Shown here in pieces: positions 48,701-61,970 of a stretch of 64,000 nt of DNA. Position 1 is the first letter of the stretch, and each line of letters begins with the position of its first letter. A model generated the notes under the pieces. The model saw only the letters and a program-made list of their open reading frames with translations, made no database searches and was not told the DNA's origin. Made by a program: the position numbers and the translations under genes. The stretch lies in NCBI RefSeq assembly GCF_009914755.1, contig NC_060940.1; one strand, 5' to 3'. Source of the stretch: the human T2T-CHM13v2.0 reference genome, Homo sapiens.

Positions 48701-51700
48701 TGTATAATTTTTTTCACCCTTCTTTTCAGTGTTAATGTGCACATTAAGATACATCAGCCAACATAATCCAGTCTCCCATTTTTCAGGGTTAGCATTTCTG
48801 ATTTAAGAGCAGAGTATATTATAGTAATTTAGGATCAGATGTGAGATGTCTAGTGGTTTTAAATTAAAATGTAAATTCTCTTTTTTGACTGGGGCAGTGC
48901 TGAGTGACTCAAGATAAGCACAGATTAGAGGTGGATAAAGAGTCATAAGCATCCAAAAATTCAGTTTCTGAAACTGGTGTGCAGGCACTGAGTTTTAGGA
49001 CCTTTACGTTTAGCTTTGAAAATCTGGAAAAACGAAAAAGTCACTTGCAGCTGGAGCAGCTTAAAATCTTTGGTTTAAATCTTTGGTTTTTGGTTATCTT
49101 AAAGGTGTTCAGGGAAGCTCGGTTCTTTCCATTCTCCTTCCTACCCACCCACTCTAATTCCCCACCCACTCCAATTCCCCACAGCTATATTGTTCTATTA
49201 AAAGTAAAACATCTGGGGAGAAATTTTACATGTAATTTAGCAGTGAATTTCTTATAAGTTTTTATTCCTTTTTTGATTATCTTAATGAATTTCAGAGTTT
49301 TCCATTTTTTTCCCTGAGTGTCTGTACCTTTAGTAAGGAATTTTACAAGAAAGTGTTGTGTATCCTGTCTTTTTGGGAAAAAAGAATATACAATTCCAAG
49401 AGAATTCAGGCTTAAGCCTCAAAAACACAGTGTGCTTCGAAAGCACAAAGGACTGTGTTTATGATTCTCTTTGAAGTGTTTTTGCAACTGGATAAGGAAA
49501 ATTTTAGAAACCGTCTGATAGTGTTCAGGGTAAATACTTAAACCCCTTTAGAGAATTTCACACACAGATACTGTGCAGCAGAAAAAAGGGATACTTATGT
49601 TTCTTAAAGCTGCTACAGCCTACAGCTTTGTACTTAAAGACAGAGGTGTTGAATAGAATTCTACTGAGGATACATCCAGTGACAGTATCTCCAGGAACAT
49701 CAGAGCAAACCAGTGGGTAGGACTTTCTGTTTTTAACCCTTACATGAGCTGTGTGAGAGTTGAGCTTTACTGGTACCAAGTCCTAGGATGTGCCTGGTAC
49801 ATCTCAGGAATGTTAAGAGGATCGTTCCTAGTGCCTCTGCTCTGCACACAATAGGAACAACACTAAAAATGCTGAAGATGCTGAGACAAAGTGACAGGAG
49901 CTAGGAAATTCCAAGTGACAGCCTTGCCATCTCTCTTAACTCTTAGTGTGTGGAGAGAAAAACTGGAGTAAACAGCCAGGGTTTGTGTTTTAACCTTGTT
50001 TCTGTAGGATTTGGCTAAATTTTGACAACCTTCGTTAAATATACACACGCACATGTGCACACACACACATACACACATTTCACACATTCTATATGTAAAG
50101 AAAAAAAAGATGAATTCTGCTGCTTTAAATAGTTTTAACCACCCTGAAATTCAAATTGATGTAAAGGTGTGAAGATCCTGCTATTTTCCCTGGGGTGCTA
50201 TTTTAGCCTTGGCTGCTAGAATTCATTTTGGATTGCTTTGACTAGCAGACTATCATAGCATTTCAGATATGAATTAAGAAACCCTGGTGCAAGATTGGAA
50301 TGTCAGAAATTTCTCTTTTTCCTGGAAAAGATATAACATAAAACAAATTATGTAACTTATTTCATCTAGGGTTTTTTTTTTTTTGTGGGGAGCATGGTAG
50401 AGGGATTAAATTCAGCTCTAGTCTGTTATTTACTTTATTATAATTACCTCTGAAATATCCTAGAAGAATCTCAGTCTAGAAGAATGAAGTAGTGTACAAA
50501 ATAATAATAATAATCACCAGACCTACAGATTTGAAAGGAAAACAAGATTTCCAAAGGATGTCGTGCCATTTATTTGGAATATTATCAAGATGTTAGAATC
50601 TTTTTCCCCCAAGTTGGTTAATGAATAATCACTAAAACTGTTGCCTCTTGAAAAATATTGTTATGATGATCCAATGAGAAAGTTTGTAAAATATAAAACA
50701 TACATAAATGCAAGGTATCACCAGTATTGATTTTAAAAGGAAGCGTGGACAGTCTTCAACTGAGGAATCCTTACTTCGAGGCCGGTTGACCGAGTCTTCC
50801 TTATTGACAGCATCCCTTTCCTTTCCTAATTTTCCTTCCTCTGGAGCTGGGGTTCAGTCCAGGAGCTAAAGGGACTCACAACAATTTGGAACTCAGCGCT
50901 CCTCTTGCAATGCGTCTATCCACTGTGGGTTAAATACTTTGAGAGGCTGGGCTGGGAATCTTTCCATATTGTACAGAAATGTCTCTATGGAGAAATGTAC
51001 TCCCAGTGCCAAAAAATGACTTACAGAGAGCCGCGGGAACACATTAAGTTGGCCCTTCCGTGCCTTATGGTAACATAACCACCATCCTGCTCCCTCCTCA
51101 TTGACATCTGCAAAATAATGACCCTTTTTTAACCAGAGGGAACTGTGATCTATTTTTTTTCTGTATTCCTGAAAGGATCTCTGTGATTATTTGTAGATGA
51201 TATTTTTAATAGCATGTTTTCCCTAACAAGTTAAATGTGATTGACATTTTTTTTTGCATTTTCTTTGCATGATCTCAGTCCATCTGGAACCACCTGTGAC
51301 AGTCTCAATTGTAAATTTTTCCTTCATATGTATAAAAATCTCAGGCAGATCATCTCCTACTTGTTTCTTTTAATACCGCTCAATAAATCTCCTACTTGTT
51401 TTTGATTGACAAAATTAGCTTTCAACTAAAAATCTGGAGTCTTCGGGCACTATTCATAATTAAATTTTAATGTTTTAGACATATCTGCATAGCCATATCT
51501 GCATTGGTTATAAAGACTTAGAGCTGGTGGTAGCTTGAGCATATATAGCCCTCTTATTAAATATTATTAATTGAAATGACAAGTTATGAAATATCCAGAA
51601 TTATGCGTCAGATGTTCTTTAACAGATGTTGGGGGATTAAGAGGTTTCAAATTTTACTTGATGACATAAACTTTTCATGCAGTTAGCAGTGACATTTTTT

Positions 51701-51899
51701 AAAGGATGGGAGTGGTGGCATATACCAATGCTTGTAATACATTAATATGTTCTTGATACTGAAGTCTCATGTCCTGGATACCTGAACATTGTTTGGGAAG
51801 GGTGGGCAGTATTCAGCCATCCAGTAATAAATATCTCAAAGGTACCAAATCCAAAACCCAAGTTTTGATTTCTGTAGTCCCTAGTGTTTCACAGTTCAG

Positions 51900-52670
51900 T
51901 AATTTGAACTGTCCAGTTGCCCAGACTAAAACCTTGGAGTCTTCTTGATGTATCTCTTGATTTATCAGTGAATCCAGTTAGCTCTACTTTCAAAATATAC
52001 TCATGACCTGACTACCCTTCACTACCTCCTGTGCTACCACCTTGGTAAAAACTACTATCGTTTATAAAATAGCCTCTCAACCAGCTTTCCTGCTTCTACT
52101 ACCCTATGTCCATCCCAGTCAGAATGTTCCTTTGAGATACAAGTCAGGTCGTCGTTTCACTCCCCTGTTTCAAACCTACTATCATGTTTAGAAATCCACC
52201 TTCCTTGCAGTGGCCTAATGCCCTGCAGGATCTGTCCATTCCTCGACCTCCATCAGTGCTCCCCCTCTTTCCCTCCCCTAATGTCTGCCTTACTATGTCT
52301 AGAACATGCCCAGCCCACTCTTGCCCAGGATTTTTGCATGTGCCGCTGCCTTTGTCTGGAATGTCTGTCCTTCTGTAATTTACATGACTCTCTCCCTCAT
52401 TTCATTCAGATCTCTGCTCATGTCACTTTCTTGGAGAGAGTTGCTCTGACCAAGCACTCTCTCATTGTAGCAGGGCCTTACTCTTTTCTACTGTACTCTT
52501 AACACTTTCCACCAACTGCAATTATCCTATATATCCATTTGTTGTCTGCCTCTACCTGAAATAATCTCCATGAGGGCAGCAGGGACTTGGTCTGTTTTAG
52601 TCACTCTTATTTCCCCAGCCTCTAGAACAGCATCTACTGCATAGGAGGTACTCGACACATGTTTGTTAAA
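51900..52670 (+). mobile_element. L2 (L2a-like) 3' portion
   Basis: ccagttgcccagactaaaaccttggagtc...ctccatgagggcag...tagaacag...gtttgttaaa. Confidence 0.85.
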
Positions 52671-52747
52671 AGAAAGAGTTCACGTGAGGTCTGTGTTCTA
52701 GTCCTGCCTTTTCCTCCCACCCATGTTGATCAGTGTGGCCTTAAATC

Positions 52748-53029
52748 TTTTTTTGGGACGGTCTTACTCTGTTACCTAGGCTAGAGTACAGTGGTGTGAT
52801 CATAGCTCACTGTAGCCTCAAACTCCTGGGCTCAAGTGATTTGCCCACCTCAGCCTCCTGAGTTGCTGGAACTACAAGCCATCATGCCTGACTAATTTAT
52901 TTTTATTTTTGCAGAGACAGGTTCTTGCTGTGTTGACCAGGCTGGTCTTGAACTCCTGGCCTTAAGTCATCCTCTCACCTTGGCCTCACAGAGTGCTGGG
53001 ATTACAGGTGTGAATAACAGCACCTGGCC
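52748..53029 (-). mobile_element. Alu (AluJ)
   Basis: Diverged antisense Alu. Confidence 0.92.
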
Positions 53030-54662
53030 AATAAATTCTTTTTAACTTTATACATTTTCCTAAAATATTACCTCTTATTACCTGCTTCACAGGAATATTT
53101 TTGGGTTAGTTTTATTCTTAAACAAACATAACTCTCACAATAATACCCCAAAACGTCTTTAACTTCTTTTTAAAAACAAAATAATACTGAGGGCACAGAG
53201 GACAGTCTTGTTTTATGCCTCTGGCATTTATAGCTGAGAAGATTGAGCAATCACAGGCAAACAACTTATGCAAATATGGAAAATCTTTTTTTTTTTTAAT
53301 GAGAGGCTTAAGTAGGTTATTAGTTTCCCAGAGTACCAGTGTTGCTAAAAGTTAGAATCATAGTGTTTTGTCTTATTTGTGATCATCCTTCATATTTTAG
53401 ATTTCCCTCTTCTGGAAAAACTTAGTAAATTGTCACAAAATTAAATGACTTCTCCAACAAAGCTTGGACTTTCTTGTTACAAATTTTCAAAATTATATAG
53501 AGAAAGCAGCATGGACTGGACAGGTTTTGGGCACAGGACTAGGGAAGTCCCTGAGGAGTAAACTGACTTCCTCTAGACAAGCTGAAAACTGATTAAAATA
53601 TTTATCATCCTTTGGGTATGCAATAGCTTTTGATGATGGAAGGCATATTAATATTCATCTTTGCTGCTTGTCTACACTTCAGACAGATTCCAGGAAAGGA
53701 TGTTCAGATGACCAGTTTTCTTTCCTCACCAGGAGTCCTTGAGAAACCAGTACAGCTTGGAACCAAGAAATGCCTTGTGATGTGGATTGAGCTTTTCCTT
53801 TGGGGGACGGGAATAGGGGAATACAAACCAGGGGAGACCTTTGGACTGGAAAGCTTTAAAGGATGACTGCTTTCACACAGGAAGTCTTTTGCTAGAACAA
53901 AGGAAAAAGTTTGGTTGTAATTCTATAAGCAGCAGAACTATTATTGCTTATCTGAATACATGAAGCTGACTTCATTCCTTAGGTAAAGTCGGAAGATTGA
54001 AGCCTTATAAAAGATTTTGATGTGAATGCCACTGGGGGCTGAAGATTTTTCTTCCTCCCCACCAACCCACCCCACCACTTTGTTGTAGGAGAGAAATCAG
54101 TTGTGTTTGTAGCCGATGCTCAGGTCTTCTGACTGGTTCTAGAGTGCCCCATCTCCCTTTTGTCCTGAGACAGAATTCGAATGCATATGGCATCCACATA
54201 GCCTGGCATAAGTAGCACAGGGTGGCCTTCTGGGATTCTCAGGATCTGTCTTTTAATTTTTTTTTCTTTAATGTGAGAAAGAGTCTGGCTTTATTAGTTG
54301 AGTTAATTAAGCAGTGTTGTTTTTTGTCTAGGTTGAAATAGCCTTGATTACATTTTTGGATGCAAATAAGACCTCTGAAAGAACTCGATCTTTATATGAG
54401 CAGTCTGAAAAATCTGAAAGTTAAATAGAATATTCTCAAAAAAAGGGCAATGTGTTAAGACTCTTGGTTTCCGTCTTTTAAATCTGAAAATTCAGAATCC
54501 TCTTCTCTTGCATTTCAGTTTTTATTATTCCACACTACTGAGATATTTTGATGAAAGCTAGCCTTAAACATTGGATAATAATTATATTTGAAATCTATTT
54601 TAATATAGTGACATCAGAAGTGCTCTTTCTTCATCCCAGTCATTTAATCATTCATCTGCTCC

Positions 54663-54690
54663 TTTTTTTTTTTTTTTTTTTTTTTTTTTT
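54663..54690. repeat. T28 mononucleotide tract
   Basis: Seen directly. Confidence 0.97.
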
Positions 54691-54694
54691 GCAG

Positions 54695-54757
54695 ATAAGT
54701 GTGGAGTTATACAAAGAGCTAGGACTTATGTCTCCCAGGTTGATAAGGCACAAGGCA
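54695..54757 (+). CDS. FTO: Candidate alternative in-frame FTO cassette exon (63 nt, ISVELYKELGLMSPRLIRHKA)
   Basis: T28-GCAG acceptor, GCA|GTAAGT donor, 21 sense codons in the phase-0 frame of intron 7. Confidence 0.55.
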
Positions 54758-56329
54758 GTAAGTAATTCAGAGGAAGAAAAAGGAGAAGAGCAGATTCTGA
54801 CAGAGGCCTTTGGGAATACGAAGGATTTTGATAGATGGAGATGGGTGGAGAATATTCAAAGATGGCAGAAGCAGGGCCATCGCAGTGGGAAAACACAGAC
54901 CTGCTCGCAAACTTGATTAGACTGGATGGAGTTTGGTTTGTGTGAGTCCAGCAGCTAGAGATAAGATTAGGAAGATTAGCAAGGACCTTTTTTTCTCTAA
55001 TGCATTTCTTTGCAAGGTATGGCACTTTCACCCCTTAATGACTGGCTTCCTATCAAAGTCATGGGAAGCAAAGTGCTAAACATGTGCAACTAAAAATAAA
55101 ATGAAAACCGTTTGATTATCTTGCACTTGCAAAGGTTTTACTTTGAAAGCAAGTCAAATTCAGTTATTTGCACTACTTTCAAGACCTGTCTGCTTTGTGA
55201 GTACAGCAAACAAGCAACACCATACATTTTTAGAATGAGAATTACAAATGAGATTAGGTAATTTTTCTACCAAGATTCTTTGTTTTTCTCTGATAAATTG
55301 AATACCAGCTTAATAATTTTGGACTTTGGTCAGAAGCAGGTCTTCCCATGTATGAACCACTTATGATTCTCTTCCTTGTTAGGAACCCTAAGTGTATTTC
55401 ATTTGATCTTTTGCTATTAGAGTTGTGGTTTGGAAGAAATGACATCTTCATTGCCTCTTGTCCAGGTGACAGTCTTGTGAACTCAATACTTGCATAAAAA
55501 TTATTTTGAAATAAAGCCAAAGTGTCATTCATGAGCTATTTGATTTGGTCCAAGAGAGTGGATGTGGTCTTCTCTCACTTCCACTGCTGAAATAGAGTGG
55601 TTTCTTTCCCACACATACCTCTCCACTCCTTGGCTAACAGTCCCACATTAGTGATTGTGCACTCTCTGCTGTCTCTATTTGCCATTGCACTTCAGCTTGT
55701 CAGTCACACCAATTGAAAGACTGAGTAAATGTTCAGAACGTAAATGGCCGTTGTTCACTCTGGTCTTTCCCACCTTTGCACATAAATTTCTGCTAGACCC
55801 TCATGTTTTCCCTCTCTATGTGATGCTGTTATTTTCCAATGACTGGTTTTATTACTTCTAAGGCACAAGATGTTAATTGTTGAGTGAGTAATAACTCTCA
55901 GTTTGTTCTTCAAACGTGGGCTTCTGAAAGATTGCCTTTACTTTGATTCTGCTTAGGAATCTAGGGTCTTGGGGTAAATTTAGAGGCCACTATTCTCCTT
56001 AAATGATAGTGACATAGAGAAATGATACTATGGGACTACTGTTTCATTTTACCAAAGAAACTGAAGAAAGTCACACCAGAGGGTCATTGCTCCCCTAGAG
56101 AACAAATGGGCTTCAGGCTTTTTAGAATGCCTTCTTCTTTGATATCTCATTATTGCTCATAATGCCAGAGAAACAGGTAACGTCGGCATAGTGATATTGG
56201 GCATTGCTTAATTTCTTTCAAGGCCTGAAACATTTATCCTCTCTTCTTTATATATTAGGTATTCACCCTAATGGTACTCAAACTGCTAGGCTCTGACAAG
56301 CTGAGGTCCAAGTGCCATGGCATTCAGGA

Positions 56330-56482
56330 ATGTCAATGTTGGAAGGGACCTGAGAGGTGATCATCTTCTCTTCCTTTTTGGAAAGGAAGGACTCAGAAGG
56401 ATGTAGGCTTTTCTGGAGGGCATAGAGCCAGATAATATAGAACCCCAGATTTCCCAGTTCCCAGTTCAGTGCTTTCTACTAC
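56330..56482 (-). mobile_element. MIR-family remnant
   Basis: ttggaagggacctgagagg...agaaccccag...cagttcagtgctttctact. Confidence 0.6.
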
Positions 56483-56886
56483 TCCCTAAATATCCATGGC
56501 TGTGCTTGGGATATTTCTCTGATGCATTCGCCAACTTTCAACGGTGTGCCAATAGCAAAATAAGATAAACTGAGTGTTTCTCTGGAACTTTTTCTCTACC
56601 CTGTGTTTGGACCTGGCATATCAAAATGAGGCTCTCTGGTGTTGAGATGGACACTGTTTTTGCTCACCCAGCATTCATTCCTCCTTCTCTGGCAGCATCC
56701 TCATGTTGCCTTGTGGAGCCATTTTCTTCATTGGCTAGAGGGTGAGGTGCATTGTCTTATTCTGGCTACTCCATGAGCATATGACCTGAGCCAGATCTTT
56801 CACATGAGCTTTCTCAGAGCTGTTTGCTTATAAATATACATACAATATCATAGACACAGGATGCAGAATTCAAAAGTTATCAACGT

Positions 56887-57186
56887 GGCCGGGCATGGTG
56901 CCTCATTCCTGTAATTCTAGCTCTTAGAGAGACTGAGGGGCGAGGATCACTTCAGACTAAGAGTTCAAGACCAGCAACATAGCAAGACCTTGCCTCTACA
57001 AAAAATGCAAAAGACTTAGCCAGGCGTAGTGGCACATGCCCGTAGTTCCAGCTACTCGGGAGGCTGGGGCAGGAGGATCACTTGAGTCTAGGAGTTGGAG
57101 GTTACAGTGAGCTGTGGTAGCACCACTGTGCTCTAGCCTGGGTGACAGAGTGAGACCCTGTCTCTTACAAAATAAAAATAAAAACA
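56887..57186 (+). mobile_element. Alu (AluJ)
   Basis: Full diverged dimer; aaagttat flanks. Confidence 0.92.
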
Positions 57187-57280
57187 AAGTTATAAAAGCC
57201 TATGCTGTGAAAAGTGTGTTTCTGTCCCCTCAATCCTCCAGCCACTCATTCCCTTCCCAAGAGGCTAGCACTATTCTTAG

Positions 57281-57613
<333 letters not shown>

Positions 57614-58295
57614 AAGATATTCTATGTAGTTACAAACGTTTATGTGTTTTTTCCCCACATGGATAACACTATGTCTTAGAGATTGTTCCAAATTTGTATG
57701 TTCTTTTAAATTACTGTGTAGCTTTTTATTGTATGGTTCCATAACTTATGTAACCAGACTTCTACTGTCTTTAGCCTTCTGCTTTTACAAATAATATTGT
57801 AGTGAGTATCCTAATACATAACGTTTTTCACAAGTGAGATCTATGGTAATTAATACCTAGGAGTAAAATTGTTGGATCAAAGGATGTGTGCATTTTTAAT
57901 TTTAAGAGAGATGGTCAAATGCCTTCCATAGAGTTTGTAGCAGAGTTTATATGTGTGTGTGTGTAAATGTGTGTATTTGTAGATATATATACTATCTATA
58001 TGTATGTATGTAGAGTTTATATACATATATAAATGTGTATATTTACATATAGATTAGTTTATTTACATATATAAACATAGACAATATACATATATGTTAT
58101 CTATATACATGTGTATATGTATCTATATTTACATATAGATATATGTATATACATATACATATATGTACATGTGTACATATGTGTCCATATAACGCCAGTT
58201 TCCCAACATCCTCACCAGTGCAGTGTATCATCAGACTTTTTTGCAAGAATGATTGGTGAAAAATGGTGCCCCATTTCCATTTGCATTTCTCTCAT
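57614..58295 (-). mobile_element. Old L1 (L1ME-like) fragment with TA/TG-rich expansion (57945-58190)
   Basis: tacctaggagtaaaattgttggatcaaagg..., ccaacatcctcaccag..., tttgcatttctctc. Confidence 0.65.
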
Positions 58296-59297
58296 TCCTG
58301 TTTTACTGAGAAAGAAACTAAGGCTCAGATGTATGAAAAGATTTGTCAGGTCATAGGAGTAGGGAGCAACAGAGCTGGGGTTTGCACTGAGGTGGGAGCA
58401 ACTGTTCTCTTAATTGCTATAATAATCTTTACCCAGGCTCCATTCTGTTACTGCAACTGAAGAATCCCAATACATATAGCGGTTCCCATGAGGAACACCC
58501 ATCTGTCCTTGACTGGTAAATGTGGGAAGGTTGTTCTCTTTCACCATGGACTTGTGCGTCAAATCAACTGATCAGTCTGGGTGATGGGTGCGGTTAGCGT
58601 GACATGCAGTGATGTTATTACGTGGTGGAACTGAGTTCCACACGGGATGTAGGTGGCCCTTTATGTACCCTGCTGAGTTCTAGGCCTTTGTGCTATAACT
58701 ATTTTTGGCAATGGAAGGTGAAGGGAGGGCTCCCCATCCCTGGAAACATGGCACTTTGCCTGATTTTCTGTTTAAAGTTATGTTCCTGTTGGAATCTGTT
58801 CAGGTCTGAGTTTCAGTTGTCACCTTCTGATATGATGAGCCTCCTTGGCCTCTCCTGCTCGCCTCGTTCTTCCTCCACCTGTCAGTCTTCATTAGGATCA
58901 TTTAAACACTGACTCATTCTCTGCTCTGGGCCTTTTCCTGCTTGGCTATGGAACTGCAGGTTGAAGCCTTTACCTTGCACACATAGTTTGTTAGGTAAGA
59001 GTTTTATTTCAAGAAGACTTTGCGGGGAACTGTGATGACTGGGGAGTGGTTAGAACAATATTTTCTAATAAAGACAAGGACGAAAAGAGATCTCAGCAGG
59101 GGAGGAGAGCTTTCTTTGACCCCTTACTATATTTGAGTGGGTGGACACTAATTCTCAGGAGTTGGGGGCCTTACTAGACCACATCTCTTGCTGTGTTATC
59201 TCATGCTATGTTGTAAAGTGAGCGTCTGTTGCTGGCTGTATGACCCATGTGATCAGCCACTCCATCACCTTTGAAGTGGTCAGGCTTAGATATTCTT

Positions 59298-59505
59298 GGG
59301 TTAAGAGCTTTAGCTTTCAAGTTAATCAAACTGGGGTTTGGGCCCTGACTTCATCATTTTGTTGTGTATGACAGTGGCAGTCATATGGAGAGTCTCAAGT
59401 TTCTTCATTTGTAAAATGGGGATAATAATAGTATCTCCCTTAGCAGATGGTTGTGAGATTTGCCTGAGATAATACATGTAGTGTTTTGTCCATTGCCTGG
59501 CATCT
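59298..59505 (+). mobile_element. MIR
   Basis: ggttaagagc...tttcttcatttgtaaaatggggataataatagta. Confidence 0.85.
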
Positions 59506-59619
59506 TTTGCATTTTTGCTTTGAATCTACTTCTTTTATTCCTCCCACCATCCTGCTAATTTGGTGACCCCTTAACTTTCACCTGAGTTCCTGTTGCTCCT
59601 TAGACTCTCATCTTAGGTT

Positions 59620-59880
59620 TGTGCATATGTATAATCCATGCTTTCCATTCAGTTCTCTGTTCAAAAGTCACCTCACAGTGGCCCTTTCTCTTTTTACCAT
59701 GTTTTATTTTTTTCCTGAGAGTATTTATCACTGTCCGAAATTATGTTTTATGTGTTCACCTATTACCTGTGCTATTCTATAAGCACCTTGAGAGCAGGGA
59801 CTCTGTCTCACATACTGCTGTGTTCTTGGTGCCTGAAACAAAGTCATAACACAACACATATTGGATGAACAAGTGAAGAA
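59620..59880 (+). mobile_element. L2 3' portion
   Basis: tcaaaagtcacctc...ataagcaccttgagagcagggactctgtc. Confidence 0.7.
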
Positions 59881-60189
59881 GCAAATGTTTCATGGGTGTA
59901 CGCTCTCTCTGAGGTGCACCCTTTTATGCTAGTGGTGCTTTGTTTGTGATATTTGTTGAATGCCTTGCTCTTCCTTCTTTTTGGCGTAATCCATTTGAAA
60001 AACTCCCTTATTTTAAAAGATTCAATAATTATCCATTACTAACTGCAGAAATCTTATCTTTTTCACCTTCTCTGGAATGTAATTTCTCTGCATTAGACTC
60101 TGTCAACATTAGCATCTATATCAAAGACACTTCATGCAACTTTTTAAAGACATAAGCACCAGCTCCAGGCATCGGGGTTCAGTAGCCAT

Positions 60190-60388
60190 AGCTCTCGATC
60201 TTGGCTGCATATTTGAAACACCTAGGACAATTTTTAAAATTTTTCATCAGTTAGGTCCCACCTCCAGAGATACAGATTTAATTGGTCTAAGCTGTGGGTC
60301 CCATGTGATTCTAATGTTTCACCAAGTTGCAGTATGGTTCAAAACCTCCCAAGTAATCCTGACATGTGTTTAGGGTTGATAATTACTG
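60190..60388. mobile_element. MER5-like hAT-Charlie element
   Basis: cttggctgcatatttgaaacacctagg...cccacctccagagatacagatttaattggtc...gggttgataattactg. Confidence 0.7.
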
Positions 60389-60849
60389 TTCAACAGGCAC
60401 CTGACTTCTCACCAAGTTAGATTTGATTGAACGGACGAATATATGAACAGATTAGCGAATGAACAGGAAGGCTCCCTCACTTTAAACGAACAGAGAGGTA
60501 TTGAGTGCCTGCTGTGTTTCCTTCATTCTGTGGGGGACTCGGGAGGGAAACAGCTATGTTTATGATTCTTATGTAAGGTGGAAGATGATGTTGATAACTA
60601 TAGTAGAAACAGACTATGAAAGCTTGGAAGATGGTAGGATACATTTAGGTGGATCCGATTTCAAAGCTTCACAGTGAAGCATTTTGAGTTGATTCTTATA
60701 GAATGGAGAGAATTTTAACAGGAGGATGGACATGAGAAAAGAGTGGCTATTTCCTATGGAGAGAATAACGTGTAGAGTGGTAGAAGCAGGAAGATGCAGG
60801 TTATATAAGGCTTCTAAAGTGGACCAGTGGCTGTCCGTTCCCCCAAACT

Positions 60850-61970
60850 AGCCCCCTTCTAGAGTTCCCTAACTGAAGAAGCAGCACCACTCCACATCCA
60901 GGTCTTCATGCCAGAAGGAGAGGAATCCTTCTTGAAACTTCCCTCTCTCCACCCCAGGTACCCTGTGGGAGAACTCTTACCTTTGAAATACCTCTCAAAG
61001 TTGTCTGCTTTTCATCTCTCCTGCTACCAGCCTTCCTCTGGGCTATTGCAGTAGCTTACTCTATGGTCTCCTATACTCTTCACACAGCAGCCAGGGTAAT
61101 ATTATCATATGCAAATCTAATCATACTCCTCTCTGTGTAAACTCATTAATGGGTTCCACTTGCTCTTAGGATAAAGACTAAAATATAGATGCTCCTCAAC
61201 TTACGATGGGTCTGTGTCCTGATATACCCATTGAAAGTTGAAAATATTGTTAAGTTGAAATTGCATTCAATATACCTAACCTACCCAACATCATAGATTA
61301 GCCTAGAGTGACTTAAACATGCTCAGAACGCATTAGCCTACCCTTGGCAAGATCATCTAAGACACAGCCTATTTTATAATAAAGTGTTGGATATCTCATG
61401 TAATTTATTGAATACAGTACACTGTAGAGTACAGTATTGGTGGTTTGCCCTCATGGTAGCTTGGCTGACGGGGAGCACAAACTCTCTGCCACAGCCCAGC
61501 ATCGTGAGAGAGTATGGGACTGTGTGTCGCTAACCTGGCCAATGATAGAAATGCAAAATTCAAAGTATGGTTTCTACTGTGTGCATATAGCTTTTGCACC
61601 CTAGTAAAGTTGAAAAATTGTAAGTCAGACAAACCATCATAAGTCAAACTGTCATAAGTCAGGGACTGTCTGTCCTTTATCCTCAGCCCATCTTTTCCTC
61701 CTCACCTTTCCTCCAACCCCTTCACTCCCTGTATTCCTACCACAATGGCCCTTTCTCAATCAGTCTAATCACATCATGCTCCCTTCTTCTTCAGGGCCTT
61801 TGCACACGTCATTTGTTCTTCCTGGAATGTCTTCTCTCACCAAGAGAGGAATATATTTCTACTCACTTTTAAGATACCAGCTCAATTACTCCTTCCTCAG
61901 TCCAGACTCCCTTGATCTGTCTGACTAGATCAGGTCCCTGCACTATACTTTACCATTACTCTCATGAAAG
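60850..61970 (+). mobile_element. L2 fragment interrupted by Tigger5/MER47
   Basis: gcagccagggtaat...cttaggataaagac|...cagggcctttgcacacg...tcctggaatg. Confidence 0.7.
61186..61672. mobile_element. Tigger5b/MER47-like DNA transposon
   Basis: TIRs tagatgctcctcaacttacgatgg...cataagtcagggactgtctg. Confidence 0.85.

Noticed and set aside
54548-54916. 122-aa ORF with a poly-Phe run
   Set aside because: The poly-Phe is the T28 tract; only the internal 63 nt have splice signals and are reported separately.
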